Below, piece after piece: positions 49,259-58,986 of a stretch of DNA of 64,000 nucleotides. Positions within the stretch are counted from its first letter, which is position 1; each line of letters begins with the position of its first letter. The notes below the pieces were generated by a model. The model was not told the origin of the DNA, did not search any database, and was given only the letters and a program-made list of their open reading frames with translations. Location of the stretch: assembly GCA_964430785.1 (NCBI GenBank), contig CAYSFJ010000001.1:4029-68028 (forward strand). Direction: 5' to 3'. Origin of the DNA: an uncultured Mycoplasma sp. Its GTDB lineage: Bacteria > Bacillota_I > Bacilli_A > RF39 > UBA660. The translations under genes were made by a program, and so were the position numbers.

Positions 49259-49952
49259 TTATGATGGCTCAAAATTTAATGGTTTGCAAAGACAAAAAAC
49301 AACTAGAACTGTGCAAAAAACTATTGAGGATGCCTTATCAAAAATTTATGGTGTAGACATAGAAATTAAAGCTTCAGGAAGAACTGATGCTGGTGTTCAT
49401 GCAATTGGTCAAGTTGCTCATTTTGATGTGAAAAAAGATGTAAAAGGATTAAAATCAAAATTGAATTTATTATTAAATCCTGATATTGTTATTAAATTAG
49501 TTTCTAATGTAAATGATAATTTTCATGCTAGACAATCTGCAAAAAAGAAAGAATATATTTATAAAATTAATATAGGTTCTTTTAAAAGTTCATTAAATTT
49601 TTATTATTATCAACCAAGACAAAAATTAGATTTTTCTCTTATGAAAGATGCTTCAAAAGTGTTTTTAGGAACACATGATTTTAATAATTTTATATCTGGA
49701 ACAAATGATAAAACAGTTACAACTATTTATGAAATTAATTTTGTAAAAAAATTTGATAATAAAGTAGAAGTTCATTTTATTGGTAGTGGTTTTTACCGTT
49801 ATATGGTAAGAAACTTGATGGGAGCATTATTGGAAGTTGGAAAGTATAGTACTAGTAAAGAAGAACTTGCAAGGATGCTTGATACTATGGAAGTTAAGTC
49901 ACTTCCAACAGCCCCAGCCGAGGGATTATATTTATATAAGGTTTGGTACTAG
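49236..49952 (+). CDS. truA: tRNA pseudouridine(38-40) synthase
   Basis: ..FSYDGSKFNGLQRQ.. and catalytic ..GRTDAGVHA.. Confidence 0.85.
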   Translation: MRKKIIFSYDGSKFNGLQRQKTTRTVQKTIEDALSKIYGVDIEIKASGRTDAGVHAIGQVAHFDVKKDVKGLKSKLNLLLNPDIVIKLVSNVNDNFHARQSAKKKEYIYKINIGSFKSSLNFYYYQPRQKLDFSLMKDASKVFLGTHDFNNFISGTNDKTVTTIYEINFVKKFDNKVEVHFIGSGFYRYMVRNLMGALLEVGKYSTSKEELARMLDTMEVKSLPTAPAEGLYLYKVWY

Positions 49953-50016
49953 AAATATTAATAGACAAATTATTTTGAATATAATAAAAAATTAAAAAAA
50001 ATTTTAGAAAGTAATA

Positions 50017-50042
50017 AATGGTCTTTGCACCATTTTTATTTT
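50017..50042 (+). terminator. intrinsic terminator downstream of truA
   Basis: AATGGT-CTTTGC-ACCATT hairpin then TTTATTTT. Confidence 0.4.
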
Positions 50043-50071
50043 GTGATATTATTATTGTAGGGTGATTGTAA

Positions 50072-51685
50072 GTGATACTAAGAAAACCTTATGCATTTTT
50101 AATTAAAAGATTTAGACTTATACATTTAGTATTATCTTTTTTGATTGGCTTTATAATGTATCATACTGTGCAAATTGTAAAGTTTTTTATTCAGTATATT
50201 AAAAATAATTATAAATCTAGTTTACTTAGCGGTCTTGAAAATATATATACATCAAGCATATTTATTTTGTCAATTTTATTAGTACTTGTACTTGCCATTT
50301 CAATTTATTATTTATTAAAACATAAAAATAAACCAAATAAATTATATTTATTTATGATATTATATTATTTGTTATTATTTGTTTATATAATTTATATAAG
50401 GGGTGTGCTTTCTGGTTTAAGTGAAGAATTAATTAGTGCTAAATTATCCCGAAGTATTCGTGATATATCTATTGTTTTAACATCTGTTCAAATTATATTT
50501 TTAATTTTCTGCATAATAAGAGCAATTGGTTTTAATATTAAAAAGTTTAATTTTAAATCCGATTTAAAAGAAATGAATTATGACTTTTCTGATTCCGAAG
50601 AAGTGGAAGTAAACGTTAAATTAAATAGTTATAAGTATAAAAGAAAGGTACGTAGATCACTTAGGGAATTTGTCTATTACCTAAAAGAGAATAAACTTTT
50701 TGTTTCAATATTACTTGGAATATCTGTTACTATTTTAGTTGTTTCATTTTTTAAGAATAGGAATATAAATTATAATCAAAGTTTTAAAACTGGTAAAGTA
50801 TTTAATTATAATAGTATGCAAATTACAGTTGATGACTCAATAGTTACAAATCTTGATTATAATGGAAATATTATAAATGAAGGTTATTACTATGTTGTTT
50901 TGAAAGTAAATTTAAAAAATTATTCAGGTGTAACAAGAAAAATAGATTTTAATCAATTTAATTTAAATGTAGGTGGTCAATTAGTTAAACCTATATTGAG
51001 TAAAAGTTCATATTTTATTGATTATGCAGCAGAAAATGTAATTAGTGAATTTTCACATAAAACAGATAAAACGTTTGCATTAGTTTATGAAATTAGTGAA
51101 AAGAAAAAAAATAGTAACTTTAAACTTGATATATATAATGGTACTATTCAAAATACTAAAGAATATACTACTAAGCATATTTATGTTAGTATAAAGCCTA
51201 AAAAAATTGGTGATTTAAAATTAAATGGTAATTATGCATTGGGAGAGAAAATAACATTTGACGATACTTTTTTAGCAAATACTTCATTGAAAATTCAAAG
51301 TTATGAAATTAATAAAACTTATTTTTATACTTATGAAAAATGTTTTAAAGATGATTGTAATGTATATGATGATGTAATTTATGTACCATATAATTCTTCA
51401 AGGGGGGATAATTATATTTTAACACTTCATATTAGTTATAAACCAGATGAGGATACTTTATATGCAAAAAGCAATACTTTGCCAGAAAAATTTGCTAGTG
51501 ATTATATGACTATTAAATATAAAGTTGGTGACAATATTTATTCTGATAATTACTTAAATGTAACACCTGAATATCAAACAGATTTTATGGCATTTGAGGT
51601 TGGCGAAGGTATTGTTAATGCTAGTGTAATACAAGCTATTATTACAATTAGAAATCAAAAATATATAATTAACTTAAAAAGTTGA
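50072..51685 (+). CDS. hypothetical polytopic membrane protein with large extracytoplasmic beta-rich domain
   Basis: 537 aa; 4 N-terminal TM + 1 central TM, then ~300 aa region with strand-like YYYVVLKVNLKNYSG..F.L.VGGQ segments resembling DUF4352-type lipoprotein domains; no recognisable enzymatic motif. Confidence 0.4.
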   Translation: MILRKPYAFLIKRFRLIHLVLSFLIGFIMYHTVQIVKFFIQYIKNNYKSSLLSGLENIYTSSIFILSILLVLVLAISIYYLLKHKNKPNKLYLFMILYYLLLFVYIIYIRGVLSGLSEELISAKLSRSIRDISIVLTSVQIIFLIFCIIRAIGFNIKKFNFKSDLKEMNYDFSDSEEVEVNVKLNSYKYKRKVRRSLREFVYYLKENKLFVSILLGISVTILVVSFFKNRNINYNQSFKTGKVFNYNSMQITVDDSIVTNLDYNGNIINEGYYYVVLKVNLKNYSGVTRKIDFNQFNLNVGGQLVKPILSKSSYFIDYAAENVISEFSHKTDKTFALVYEISEKKKNSNFKLDIYNGTIQNTKEYTTKHIYVSIKPKKIGDLKLNGNYALGEKITFDDTFLANTSLKIQSYEINKTYFYTYEKCFKDDCNVYDDVIYVPYNSSRGDNYILTLHISYKPDEDTLYAKSNTLPEKFASDYMTIKYKVGDNIYSDNYLNVTPEYQTDFMAFEVGEGIVNASVIQAIITIRNQKYIINLKS

Positions 51686-51745
51686 CTTTAGTAAAAAAAT
51701 ATAATACAATAATATTGCTTTAAGGAAAAGCATATTATGTATTAT

Positions 51746-51819
51746 GGAACCGTAGCCAAGTGGTAAGGCGTGGGTCTGCAACACCCTGAGCACCAGTTCG
51801 AATCTGGTCGGTTCCTCCA
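51746..51819 (+). tRNA. tRNA-Cys (anticodon GCA)
   Basis: Hand-folded cloverleaf: acceptor GGAACCG/CGGTTCC, D-arm GCC-AAGTGGTAA-GGC, anticodon stem TGGGT/ACCCT with loop CUGCAAC (GCA), T-arm ACCAG-TTCGAAT-CTGGT, encoded CCA. Confidence 0.85.
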
Positions 51820-51862
51820 ATTAAATGATCTATTTATTTTTTATACATGTGTAGGGGGTAAT

Positions 51863-52450
51863 ATGCAATATAAGTGGGGAAAACCAAATAAAAGTAATTT
51901 TCAAGATGTAGCTATAAAATATTATACTTTTTTTGATGAAAATTTTGGTAAAGATATTTTAAGAAATAATACGAGAAAACAACTTGCTAAAGAAAAATAT
52001 ATTAATTCATTATTATTTATGGATGATAATTATAAGAAAACTGTAGCTGTTTTAATTTCTATATTTAAAGACAAAAATATTAGATTTTTAACAATAAACA
52101 ATGATAATTATCAAAATATGGGTTATTCTAGAATAAGTTTAAGTGCTGGTGGTAATCCAGAAAATGCAATAGTTGGTGAAATCGTTTTGTCTATTGCTTA
52201 TGATGAACAAACTAAATTTGATATTTATCGTGATGTAATAGACTATATAGAAATGTATATTAAAATTTCTAATCCTAATATAACTACATTAACATTTGAA
52301 GCACCAAAAATGGATTTGACATATGTAAACGCAATTATTGCCAGTGGATATGATTTAGCAAATGAACCAAATAAAGATTTAAATTCTTTTCATACATATT
52401 TGTTTGATAAAAATATTAAAGAGAAAAAACATACAAGAACTGTTAAATAA
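51863..52450 (+). CDS. hypothetical protein (195 aa), no recognisable family
   Basis: AGGGGG RBS then ATG 51863; the longer tracked ORF (from 51770) would read through the tRNA-Cys gene and is rejected. Confidence 0.4.
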   Translation: MQYKWGKPNKSNFQDVAIKYYTFFDENFGKDILRNNTRKQLAKEKYINSLLFMDDNYKKTVAVLISIFKDKNIRFLTINNDNYQNMGYSRISLSAGGNPENAIVGEIVLSIAYDEQTKFDIYRDVIDYIEMYIKISNPNITTLTFEAPKMDLTYVNAIIASGYDLANEPNKDLNSFHTYLFDKNIKEKKHTRTVK

Positions 52451-52532
52451 CAGTTTTTTTAATAGTAATTTATTTTAAATAAATTGACAAGAATTTATAA
52501 AATTTTATAATATTATAAGTGTTGGTGATGTT

Positions 52533-53360
52533 ATGGAAAAATATATTGATATTGAAAGAAGTATTATAAAAAAATTTAGAAAAGATATATGGAGTAAATA
52601 TATAAAGGCAATAACTGATTATGAACTTATAAAAGAAAATGATAATATTATGGTTTGTATAAGTGGTGGAAAGGATTCTTTTTTACTTGCAAAATGTATT
52701 CAGGAATTAATAAAACATGGTAAATTTCCATTTAATGCCCATTATGTAGTTATGGATCCAGGTTATAATAGTATTAATCGAACTTTAATTGAAAAAAATG
52801 CTGAATTATTAAATATTCCAATTGAAATATTTGAAACTAACATATTTGATGTAACTTCAAAAGTTGATGGTAACCCATGTTATTTATGTGCTAGGATGCG
52901 TAGGGGATACTTATATAGTAAAGCAAAAGAGTTAGGATGCAATAAAATAGCTTTAGGTCATCATTTTGATGATGTAATTGAAACAACACTTCTTTCAATG
53001 TTTTATGGTAGTGAAATAAAAACAATGCTGCCAAAACTTCATTCTGATAATTTTGAAGGTTTAGAACTTATAAGACCACTTTATTTAGTAAAAGAAAAGG
53101 CAATTCTTGCATGGAAAGATTATAATGATTTAACCTTTATTAATTGTGCATGTAGACTTACTGAAAAATGTGATATTGCAAATGATGGAACAAGTAAACG
53201 TAAAGAAATAAAAAAATTGATAGATTCACTTCGTAAAACTAATCATAGTATTGATAATAACATTTTTACATCTATGAATAACATTAATTTAAATTGTGTA
53301 TTAGGAACAAAAAAGGATGGTAAATATACTTCATTTCTTGATAACTATGATAATAAATGA
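52533..53360 (+). CDS. ttcA: PP-loop ATPase, TtcA-like tRNA 2-thiocytidine synthetase family
   Basis: PP-loop SGGKDS (VCISGGKDSFLLA), Cys motifs PCYLCARMRRG and CACRLTEKC typical of TtcA/Ncs6-type thiolases. Confidence 0.55.
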   Translation: MEKYIDIERSIIKKFRKDIWSKYIKAITDYELIKENDNIMVCISGGKDSFLLAKCIQELIKHGKFPFNAHYVVMDPGYNSINRTLIEKNAELLNIPIEIFETNIFDVTSKVDGNPCYLCARMRRGYLYSKAKELGCNKIALGHHFDDVIETTLLSMFYGSEIKTMLPKLHSDNFEGLELIRPLYLVKEKAILAWKDYNDLTFINCACRLTEKCDIANDGTSKRKEIKKLIDSLRKTNHSIDNNIFTSMNNINLNCVLGTKKDGKYTSFLDNYDNK

Positions 53361-53442
53361 AAACTCTGTTTTAATTATGCTAAAAATTGTAAATTTACTT
53401 TGTCTATAAAATGTGCTATTATTTATTATAATGGAGGTGTAA

Positions 53443-54141
53443 ATGAAATTCATTGATTTTAAAGATGTTACTAAGACATATAACAATGGTATTACGGCAT
53501 GTGCTGATATAAGCGTCCAAATTGAAAAAGGCGAATTTGTTTTTGTTATTGGACTTACTGCAAGCGGAAAATCTACATTTGTTAAAATGTTATATAGAGA
53601 AGAAAAACCAACTAAGGGTACAGTTATGGTTGGTGGTGTAAATGTTGGCAAATTAAAAAATAGAAAGGTTTATAAGTTTAGAAGAAAGGTAGGCATTGTT
53701 TTTCAAGATTTTAAATTATTACCTAATTTAACTGCTTATGAAAATGTTGCATTTGCTCTTGAGTGTGTTGGTGCTAAGGGTTCTGATATTAGACCAAAAG
53801 TTTTAAAAGCTTTAGAAAGAGTTGGATTAAAAGATAAAGTAAGAAGCTTTCCTAAAGAACTTTCTGGTGGTGAAATGCAAAGAGTTTGTATTGCAAGGGC
53901 TATTGTAAACGAACCTAAGTTATTAATTTGTGATGAACCTACAGGAAATTTAGATCCGACAACAAGTAAAGAAATTATGGATGTTATTTCAAATATTAAT
54001 AAAGATTTAGGAACAACAGTTGTAATGGCAACACATGATAAAGAAATCGTTAATAGAATGAAAAAAAGAGTATTAGTAATTAATAACGGAATGCTTGTTG
54101 GCGATTATAAGAAAGGAAGTTACAAAAGTGAAAGCGATTAG
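53443..54141 (+). CDS. ftsE: cell division ABC transporter ATP-binding protein FtsE
   Basis: Walker A GLTASGKST, ABC signature LSGGEMQRV, Walker B LLICDEPTGNLD; followed by ftsX. Confidence 0.8.
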   Translation: MKFIDFKDVTKTYNNGITACADISVQIEKGEFVFVIGLTASGKSTFVKMLYREEKPTKGTVMVGGVNVGKLKNRKVYKFRRKVGIVFQDFKLLPNLTAYENVAFALECVGAKGSDIRPKVLKALERVGLKDKVRSFPKELSGGEMQRVCIARAIVNEPKLLICDEPTGNLDPTTSKEIMDVISNINKDLGTTVVMATHDKEIVNRMKKRVLVINNGMLVGDYKKGSYKSESD

Positions 54142-55021
54142 AATTTTTGGAAGAAGTATAAGGGATGCACTAAAAAGCATAAGTCGTAATTTTTCACTTT
54201 CAATGGCAAGTATTCTTTGTGATATGATTACCCTTATTATAGTTTCCGTAGCAATAATTATTGCAGTAAATGTAAATAATGCAACAAAATCTATAGAAAA
54301 GGAAATGAATATAGTTGTTTATATTAATAAAAGTGCTTCTGAAGAAGACAGTAATAATGCATATTTAGAAATAAAAAATATAAAAGGTGTAAGTAATGTG
54401 ACTTTTAAAAGTAAAGATGAATGGAAAGCTGAAATGAGTGATTATTCAGATACTTTTTCTACAATGCTTAATTATTTATCAGATAATCCTTTAATGGATA
54501 GTTGTACTGTTTATGTAAAAGATATAAAAAATATTTCTGATGTTGCAGATGAAATAAAAAATATACCAAACGTTGAAACTGTTAAATTTGGTGAAACAAT
54601 GGTTGAGGAAGTAGTTTCAGCTTTTGATATAATTCAAAAAATTACTATTGGTATTGTCATTGCCCTTATAGTAGTAACAGCTTTCTTAATATCAAATACA
54701 ATTAAATTAACAATTTATTCAAGAAAAAATGAAATTGAAATAATGCGACTTGTTGGTGCAAGTAATACCGCGATTAAATTACCATTTTTATTCGAAGGTT
54801 TATTTTTAGGTATTATTGGTTCAATAATTCCAGTATGTATAACTATTTATGGCTATGTAATTTTATTTAATACAATGCATGGTTATATGTTTACTGAAAC
54901 TTTAAATTTAGTTAAACCATATAATTTTGTATTTTATGTTTCTATATTTATTGTTTTAATTGGTGCTATCGTTGGTATGTTTGGTAGTGTTAATTCTGTA
55001 AGAAAGTATTTGAAAATATGA
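54128..55021 (+). CDS. ftsX: cell division permease-like protein FtsX
   Basis: 4 TM with large first extracellular loop; GTG 54128 after AAAGGAAG RBS (tracked ATG 54095 gives longer overlap with ftsE). Confidence 0.65.
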   Translation: MKAIRIFGRSIRDALKSISRNFSLSMASILCDMITLIIVSVAIIIAVNVNNATKSIEKEMNIVVYINKSASEEDSNNAYLEIKNIKGVSNVTFKSKDEWKAEMSDYSDTFSTMLNYLSDNPLMDSCTVYVKDIKNISDVADEIKNIPNVETVKFGETMVEEVVSAFDIIQKITIGIVIALIVVTAFLISNTIKLTIYSRKNEIEIMRLVGASNTAIKLPFLFEGLFLGIIGSIIPVCITIYGYVILFNTMHGYMFTETLNLVKPYNFVFYVSIFIVLIGAIVGMFGSVNSVRKYLKI

Positions 55022-56229
55022 TGAAAAATGTAGTTAAAATAATAACTTTATTTTGTTTGTTATTTGTGCTTATAAATGTTAATGCACAAGCAAATACACT
55101 TAAAGATTTAAAAGATGAACTTCAAGCATTGATAGATGAAAAAAATGAAAACGATGCTCAAAAAAGTAAAACTCAAAGCCAGATAAATGCTGAGAACAAT
55201 CGAATATCTAATGCACATAATGAAGTAGAACAAGCTGAAAATGAGATAGCTACCGCTAAGGCACAGATTGAATCTTCGACTAAAGAAATTGAGGAAACTA
55301 AAGAAAAAAGTGAAGAACTTTTAGCTTTTTATCAGATTGTAAGTAATGATAATACATTACTTGACTATATTGGTGGTGCTTCGACAGCAACAGATGTTGT
55401 TATGCGTGCAGATGCAATAAGTCAAATTATTTCCTATACACAAAATGAACTTAAAAAGATGGAAAGTTTAATCGAGGAAAATGAAGATTTACAAGTTAGC
55501 TTAGTAAAAAAACAAAATGAATTAAATGAAAAAATTAAAACTTATGAGGATAGCCTTGCTTCATTAAAAAATGATTTATCCTCTTTAGTGGAAGTAACAC
55601 TTGATATTTCTCAACAAATTACAGCTCAACAAAAACTTATAAAGTATTATGAAGATTTAGGTTGTAAAGATAATCAAACTTTATCGTCTTGTATAAGCAT
55701 TGCAAATAGTTCTCAATTCTTACGTCCCACTGTTAGGGGTTATGTATCAAGCGGATTTGGATGGCGTTCATTTTATTTAAATGGTAAACCATATTCTGAT
55801 TATCATCCTGCAAATGATGTTGCGGGTAATGCAGGTGGAACTGCTGTTTATGCTACCGCTGCTGGTACTGTTGCAGCCGTTATTAGTAAAGCTAAATGCG
55901 GTGGAAATCAAGTTTATATTCATGTTAGAGTAAAGGGTGTTGCTTATACGTTAACATATGCTCATTTAAAGGATGTTTATGTTAAAGTAGGGGATACGGT
56001 TACTCAACAAACCATTATTGGTACCGTTGGTGGTGGCGGTAGTACGTTAAAAGCCAATGGCGGTTGGGATACATGTTCTACAGGATGGCATTTACATTAT
56101 GCTGTTACAAAAGGCTTTTATTTAGGCGGCGGTTCCGAAGGATATTCAAGTTATAGCAAATATGTTGCAAATAGTATACAACCTCCTTCTTTACCTGCTT
56201 ATGGTACTTGGTATTATTCTAGGTATTAA
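55018..56229 (+). CDS. M23 family peptidoglycan DD-endopeptidase with N-terminal coiled coil (EnvC/PcsB-like FtsEX partner)
   Basis: Signal peptide, ~250 aa coiled coil, C-terminal M23 motifs HPANDVAG (HxxxD) and GWHLHYAV (HxH). Confidence 0.75.
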   Translation: MMKNVVKIITLFCLLFVLINVNAQANTLKDLKDELQALIDEKNENDAQKSKTQSQINAENNRISNAHNEVEQAENEIATAKAQIESSTKEIEETKEKSEELLAFYQIVSNDNTLLDYIGGASTATDVVMRADAISQIISYTQNELKKMESLIEENEDLQVSLVKKQNELNEKIKTYEDSLASLKNDLSSLVEVTLDISQQITAQQKLIKYYEDLGCKDNQTLSSCISIANSSQFLRPTVRGYVSSGFGWRSFYLNGKPYSDYHPANDVAGNAGGTAVYATAAGTVAAVISKAKCGGNQVYIHVRVKGVAYTLTYAHLKDVYVKVGDTVTQQTIIGTVGGGGSTLKANGGWDTCSTGWHLHYAVTKGFYLGGGSEGYSSYSKYVANSIQPPSLPAYGTWYYSRY

Positions 56230-56240
56230 AATATAAATTT

Positions 56241-56292
56241 CTGTTACATAATGATTTTAATTAAAAATCTGTCTATGTAACAGATTTTTTTG
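56241..56292 (+). terminator. intrinsic terminator after M23 peptidase gene
   Basis: CTGTTACAT..ATGTAACAG long hairpin (inner ATCTG/CAGAT) followed by ATTTTTTT. Confidence 0.5.
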
Positions 56293-56354
56293 TAAAAAGT
56301 ATTTTTAATCTATAAAAATCGTGTTATAATTTATTTGAGAATAAGGAGTAAAAT

Positions 56355-58334
56355 GTGAAAGATATAAACGATGAAATTTTAATAGATACAAACGATTATG
56401 AACAGCAAAAAAAAATATTATCTGATGAAAAAAAAGAAAAACAAATTATAAAAAAAGATATTATTAAATCTTTCATCTTTTTACTTGTAATTTTATTAAT
56501 TATTATTTGTGCATATTTATCTATATATATATATAAAATTTATGGAAACTATGACCCAAGTAATCCTGATAATTGTAATTATGTTAATCAAAAAATTTGG
56601 GGTAGTGAAAAACCTAATTTAAATGTTTCTAAAGATGGTAGTTGTAAACCCTTTTATAATGTTGATTATTTAAAAAATGGTAAACCTATTTTTAATATCG
56701 ATTTATTTGGTAACCAAACACGATTATTTAATGAAATTAATCAGTTGGATGAAAAGGGAATTTGTAAATTAAATTGTGATAGCAATAATGATGGTTGGCC
56801 TGATTATAATATTGACCTTGATGGTGATGGTAATGCTGATATTAATATTATTAATGATTATCATAAAAAAAGTACTTGTGATTTAAATTGTGATATAAAT
56901 GGTGATATGCTTGCTGATACAAATATTGATTTAGATGATGATGGAAAACCAGATGTTAATATTACTGGAGATGATCCTAATATTCCTATTTATAATATTG
57001 ACTATAAGGGTAACAGAATTCCCACATTTAATATTATTGATGAAAATGGTAATATAAAAAATCCAACGAATGTCTTAGATGATGGTGGCATTTGTATTAG
57101 AAATTGTACAGATGATACTGGTTTTGTTAAATATAATATTGATGCCGATGGGGATGGTCATACTTTAAATGATAGAGTAACATTATCTGATGGTAGCATT
57201 AAAATAATAAATATTGATATAGACGGAGATGGCAATGCAGATGTAAATATTTCAGATGATAAAGGTATAACTATTACTAATCCAGTTAATAAGAAAGTAG
57301 TTATTGATGGAAAAGAAACTATATTAAACGCTGATACTGATGATGATGGTATTCCTGATGTTAATATTGATTTAGATAATGATGGAAAACCAGATTTAAA
57401 TGTAACAGATGACAAAGGAAAATGTATAAAAAATTGTGATATTAACGGTGATGGTAAAGCAGATAATAATATATATGTTGGTGATAAAAATGTTGGTGAT
57501 ATAAATATTGATACAGATTATGATGGTAAATGTGATGTAAATTGTGATAAAAATTATGATAATTGGCCAGATATAAATATTGATGTTACTGGGGATATTG
57601 TACCTGATATAAATATAGACTTTGATAAAGACGGTATAGCAGATTTTAATATTGATACAAATGGTGATGGTAATCCAGATATAAATATTGATGTATATGG
57701 AACAGGAACTTGTAACTTTAATTGTAATAATGGTGATGGAATATTATCTAATCAAATTGGAAGTGGTGATAGTTGCCAAAAAAATTGTGATACAGATAAT
57801 GATGGTTTACCTAATATAAATGTAGATATTGATAATGATGGTATTTGTGATTTTAATTGTGATAATGGTACTACAAAAATAGATAGTGATTATAATTTTT
57901 ATGAAGATAATAAATATAAAAATGAAAAAAATATTTTAGAAATTGGCAAGGGCACTGATAGTGATTTTTACATATATAATCCTCTTGAAATAGTATCTGT
58001 TGATATTGAGCCTGGATGGAATGGTACATATGTGTTGAAAATAAAAAATGATGCTGACTTTGCTGTTGCATATAGAATAGTGTGGAAGGAAGTATTTAAT
58101 GATTTCACTGATACTAATAACTTAGATTATTTTATAACTCGTAGCAATATATCTTATTTAAATAATTTAAAAGCACCAAGAAGTGATATTAATTTAGAAT
58201 CTGAGGTATTAATACGTAGAAAGACCACGGTTAAATATGTATTAAAAATGCAATGGAAAGAAACAGGTATAAATCAAAATATTGACAGTGGAAAAACTTT
58301 TAAAGGTAAACTTTATATTGAAACAATAAAATAG
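56355..58334 (+). CDS. membrane-anchored protein built from thrombospondin-type-3/dockerin-like Ca-binding repeats plus C-terminal beta domain
   Basis: 659 aa; GTG start 7 nt after AAGGAG; 38-aa basic N-terminus, one TM (FIFLLVILLIIICAYLSIYIY), ~8 repeats of CxxNC followed by DxNxDGxxDxNID/DGDG loops (>20 DxDG-type loops), C-terminal ~140 aa Asp-poor beta-rich domain. Confidence 0.6.
   Translation: MKDINDEILIDTNDYEQQKKILSDEKKEKQIIKKDIIKSFIFLLVILLIIICAYLSIYIYKIYGNYDPSNPDNCNYVNQKIWGSEKPNLNVSKDGSCKPFYNVDYLKNGKPIFNIDLFGNQTRLFNEINQLDEKGICKLNCDSNNDGWPDYNIDLDGDGNADINIINDYHKKSTCDLNCDINGDMLADTNIDLDDDGKPDVNITGDDPNIPIYNIDYKGNRIPTFNIIDENGNIKNPTNVLDDGGICIRNCTDDTGFVKYNIDADGDGHTLNDRVTLSDGSIKIINIDIDGDGNADVNISDDKGITITNPVNKKVVIDGKETILNADTDDDGIPDVNIDLDNDGKPDLNVTDDKGKCIKNCDINGDGKADNNIYVGDKNVGDINIDTDYDGKCDVNCDKNYDNWPDINIDVTGDIVPDINIDFDKDGIADFNIDTNGDGNPDINIDVYGTGTCNFNCNNGDGILSNQIGSGDSCQKNCDTDNDGLPNINVDIDNDGICDFNCDNGTTKIDSDYNFYEDNKYKNEKNILEIGKGTDSDFYIYNPLEIVSVDIEPGWNGTYVLKIKNDADFAVAYRIVWKEVFNDFTDTNNLDYFITRSNISYLNNLKAPRSDINLESEVLIRRKTTVKYVLKMQWKETGINQNIDSGKTFKGKLYIETIK
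56740..57900 (+). repeat. degenerate in-frame tandem repeats encoding the Ca-binding repeat array
   Basis: Recurring GATGGTGATGGTAATGC(A/T)GAT(A/G)T(T/A)AATATT-like units (e.g. 56821-56850, 57223-57250, 57660-57690) and AATTGTGAT units. Confidence 0.5.
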
Positions 58335-58347
58335 AAAGGAGAAAATT

Positions 58348-58986
58348 ATGATTACAAAGAAAATGAGAATAAAATCAATAATAAATTATATAGGTTCAGT
58401 AATATCATGGACATTATTTGCATTATTATTACTTTGTGCTGCCCTTTTATTATATTATTTTATTTCGTTAAAACTTTATGAATCAAAAGGTAGTAAATAT
58501 AAACCACTTTTCTCTGTATATACTATTGTTTCACAAAGTATGGTTCCTACGATTAATGTTTATGATGTTATTATTAATAAAACTGTTAATGAACCTACCG
58601 ATATAAAAGTAAATGATATTATAACATTTGAATCTACTGGGGTTTTATCTACGGGTTTAACTGTTACTCATAGAGTTCAAGATATATATTATGATGAAAA
58701 TGCAAGTGATTATGAATATGTTACAAAAGGTGATAACAATCCAATTAAAGATGATGCTCCAGCTTCATATAGCAATTTAATTGGCAAAGTTGTATTAAAG
58801 ATACCAGGACTAGGAAATGTTCAAAGATTTGTTGGTAGTAAGATTGGTTGGCTTGTAGTGGTAATAATTCCTGCTTTAGTAGTTTTAATTCAAGATGTTA
58901 TGAAATTAATTAAAGTAAGTAATGTTAAAAAACGTGCTGATATAGAAAACAAAAAAATAGTTAGTCAGGAAAATGGGCTTCAATGA
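58348..58986 (+). CDS. sipW: SipW-like type I signal peptidase (archaeal/ER-type S26B)
   Basis: N-terminal TM, catalytic box IVSQSMVPT (S26 Ser box), ..VTHRV.. His region, and a C-terminal second TM (GWLVVVIIPALVVLI) characteristic of SipW rather than SipS/LepB. Confidence 0.7.
   Translation: MITKKMRIKSIINYIGSVISWTLFALLLLCAALLLYYFISLKLYESKGSKYKPLFSVYTIVSQSMVPTINVYDVIINKTVNEPTDIKVNDIITFESTGVLSTGLTVTHRVQDIYYDENASDYEYVTKGDNNPIKDDAPASYSNLIGKVVLKIPGLGNVQRFVGSKIGWLVVVIIPALVVLIQDVMKLIKVSNVKKRADIENKKIVSQENGLQ

Noticed and set aside
51770-51862. Tracked 226-aa ORF start at 51770 reading through tRNA-Cys
   Set aside because: The N-terminal 31 codons are the tRNA gene itself. The start was moved to ATG 51863, which has an AGGGGG RBS.
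51686-52532. Integrated mobile element or prophage remnant at tRNA-Cys
   Set aside because: No integrase, recombinase, transposase or flanking direct repeat of the tRNA 3' end was recognisable. Retained only as a low-confidence finding about two unclassifiable genes.
56740-57900. Possible CRISPR or other non-coding tandem array in the repetitive DNA
   Set aside because: The repeats are in-frame, degenerate, and encode the DxDG/CxxNC protein repeats of a long intact ORF. No spacer-like unique segments or cas genes are present. No CRISPR array was seen anywhere in the window.
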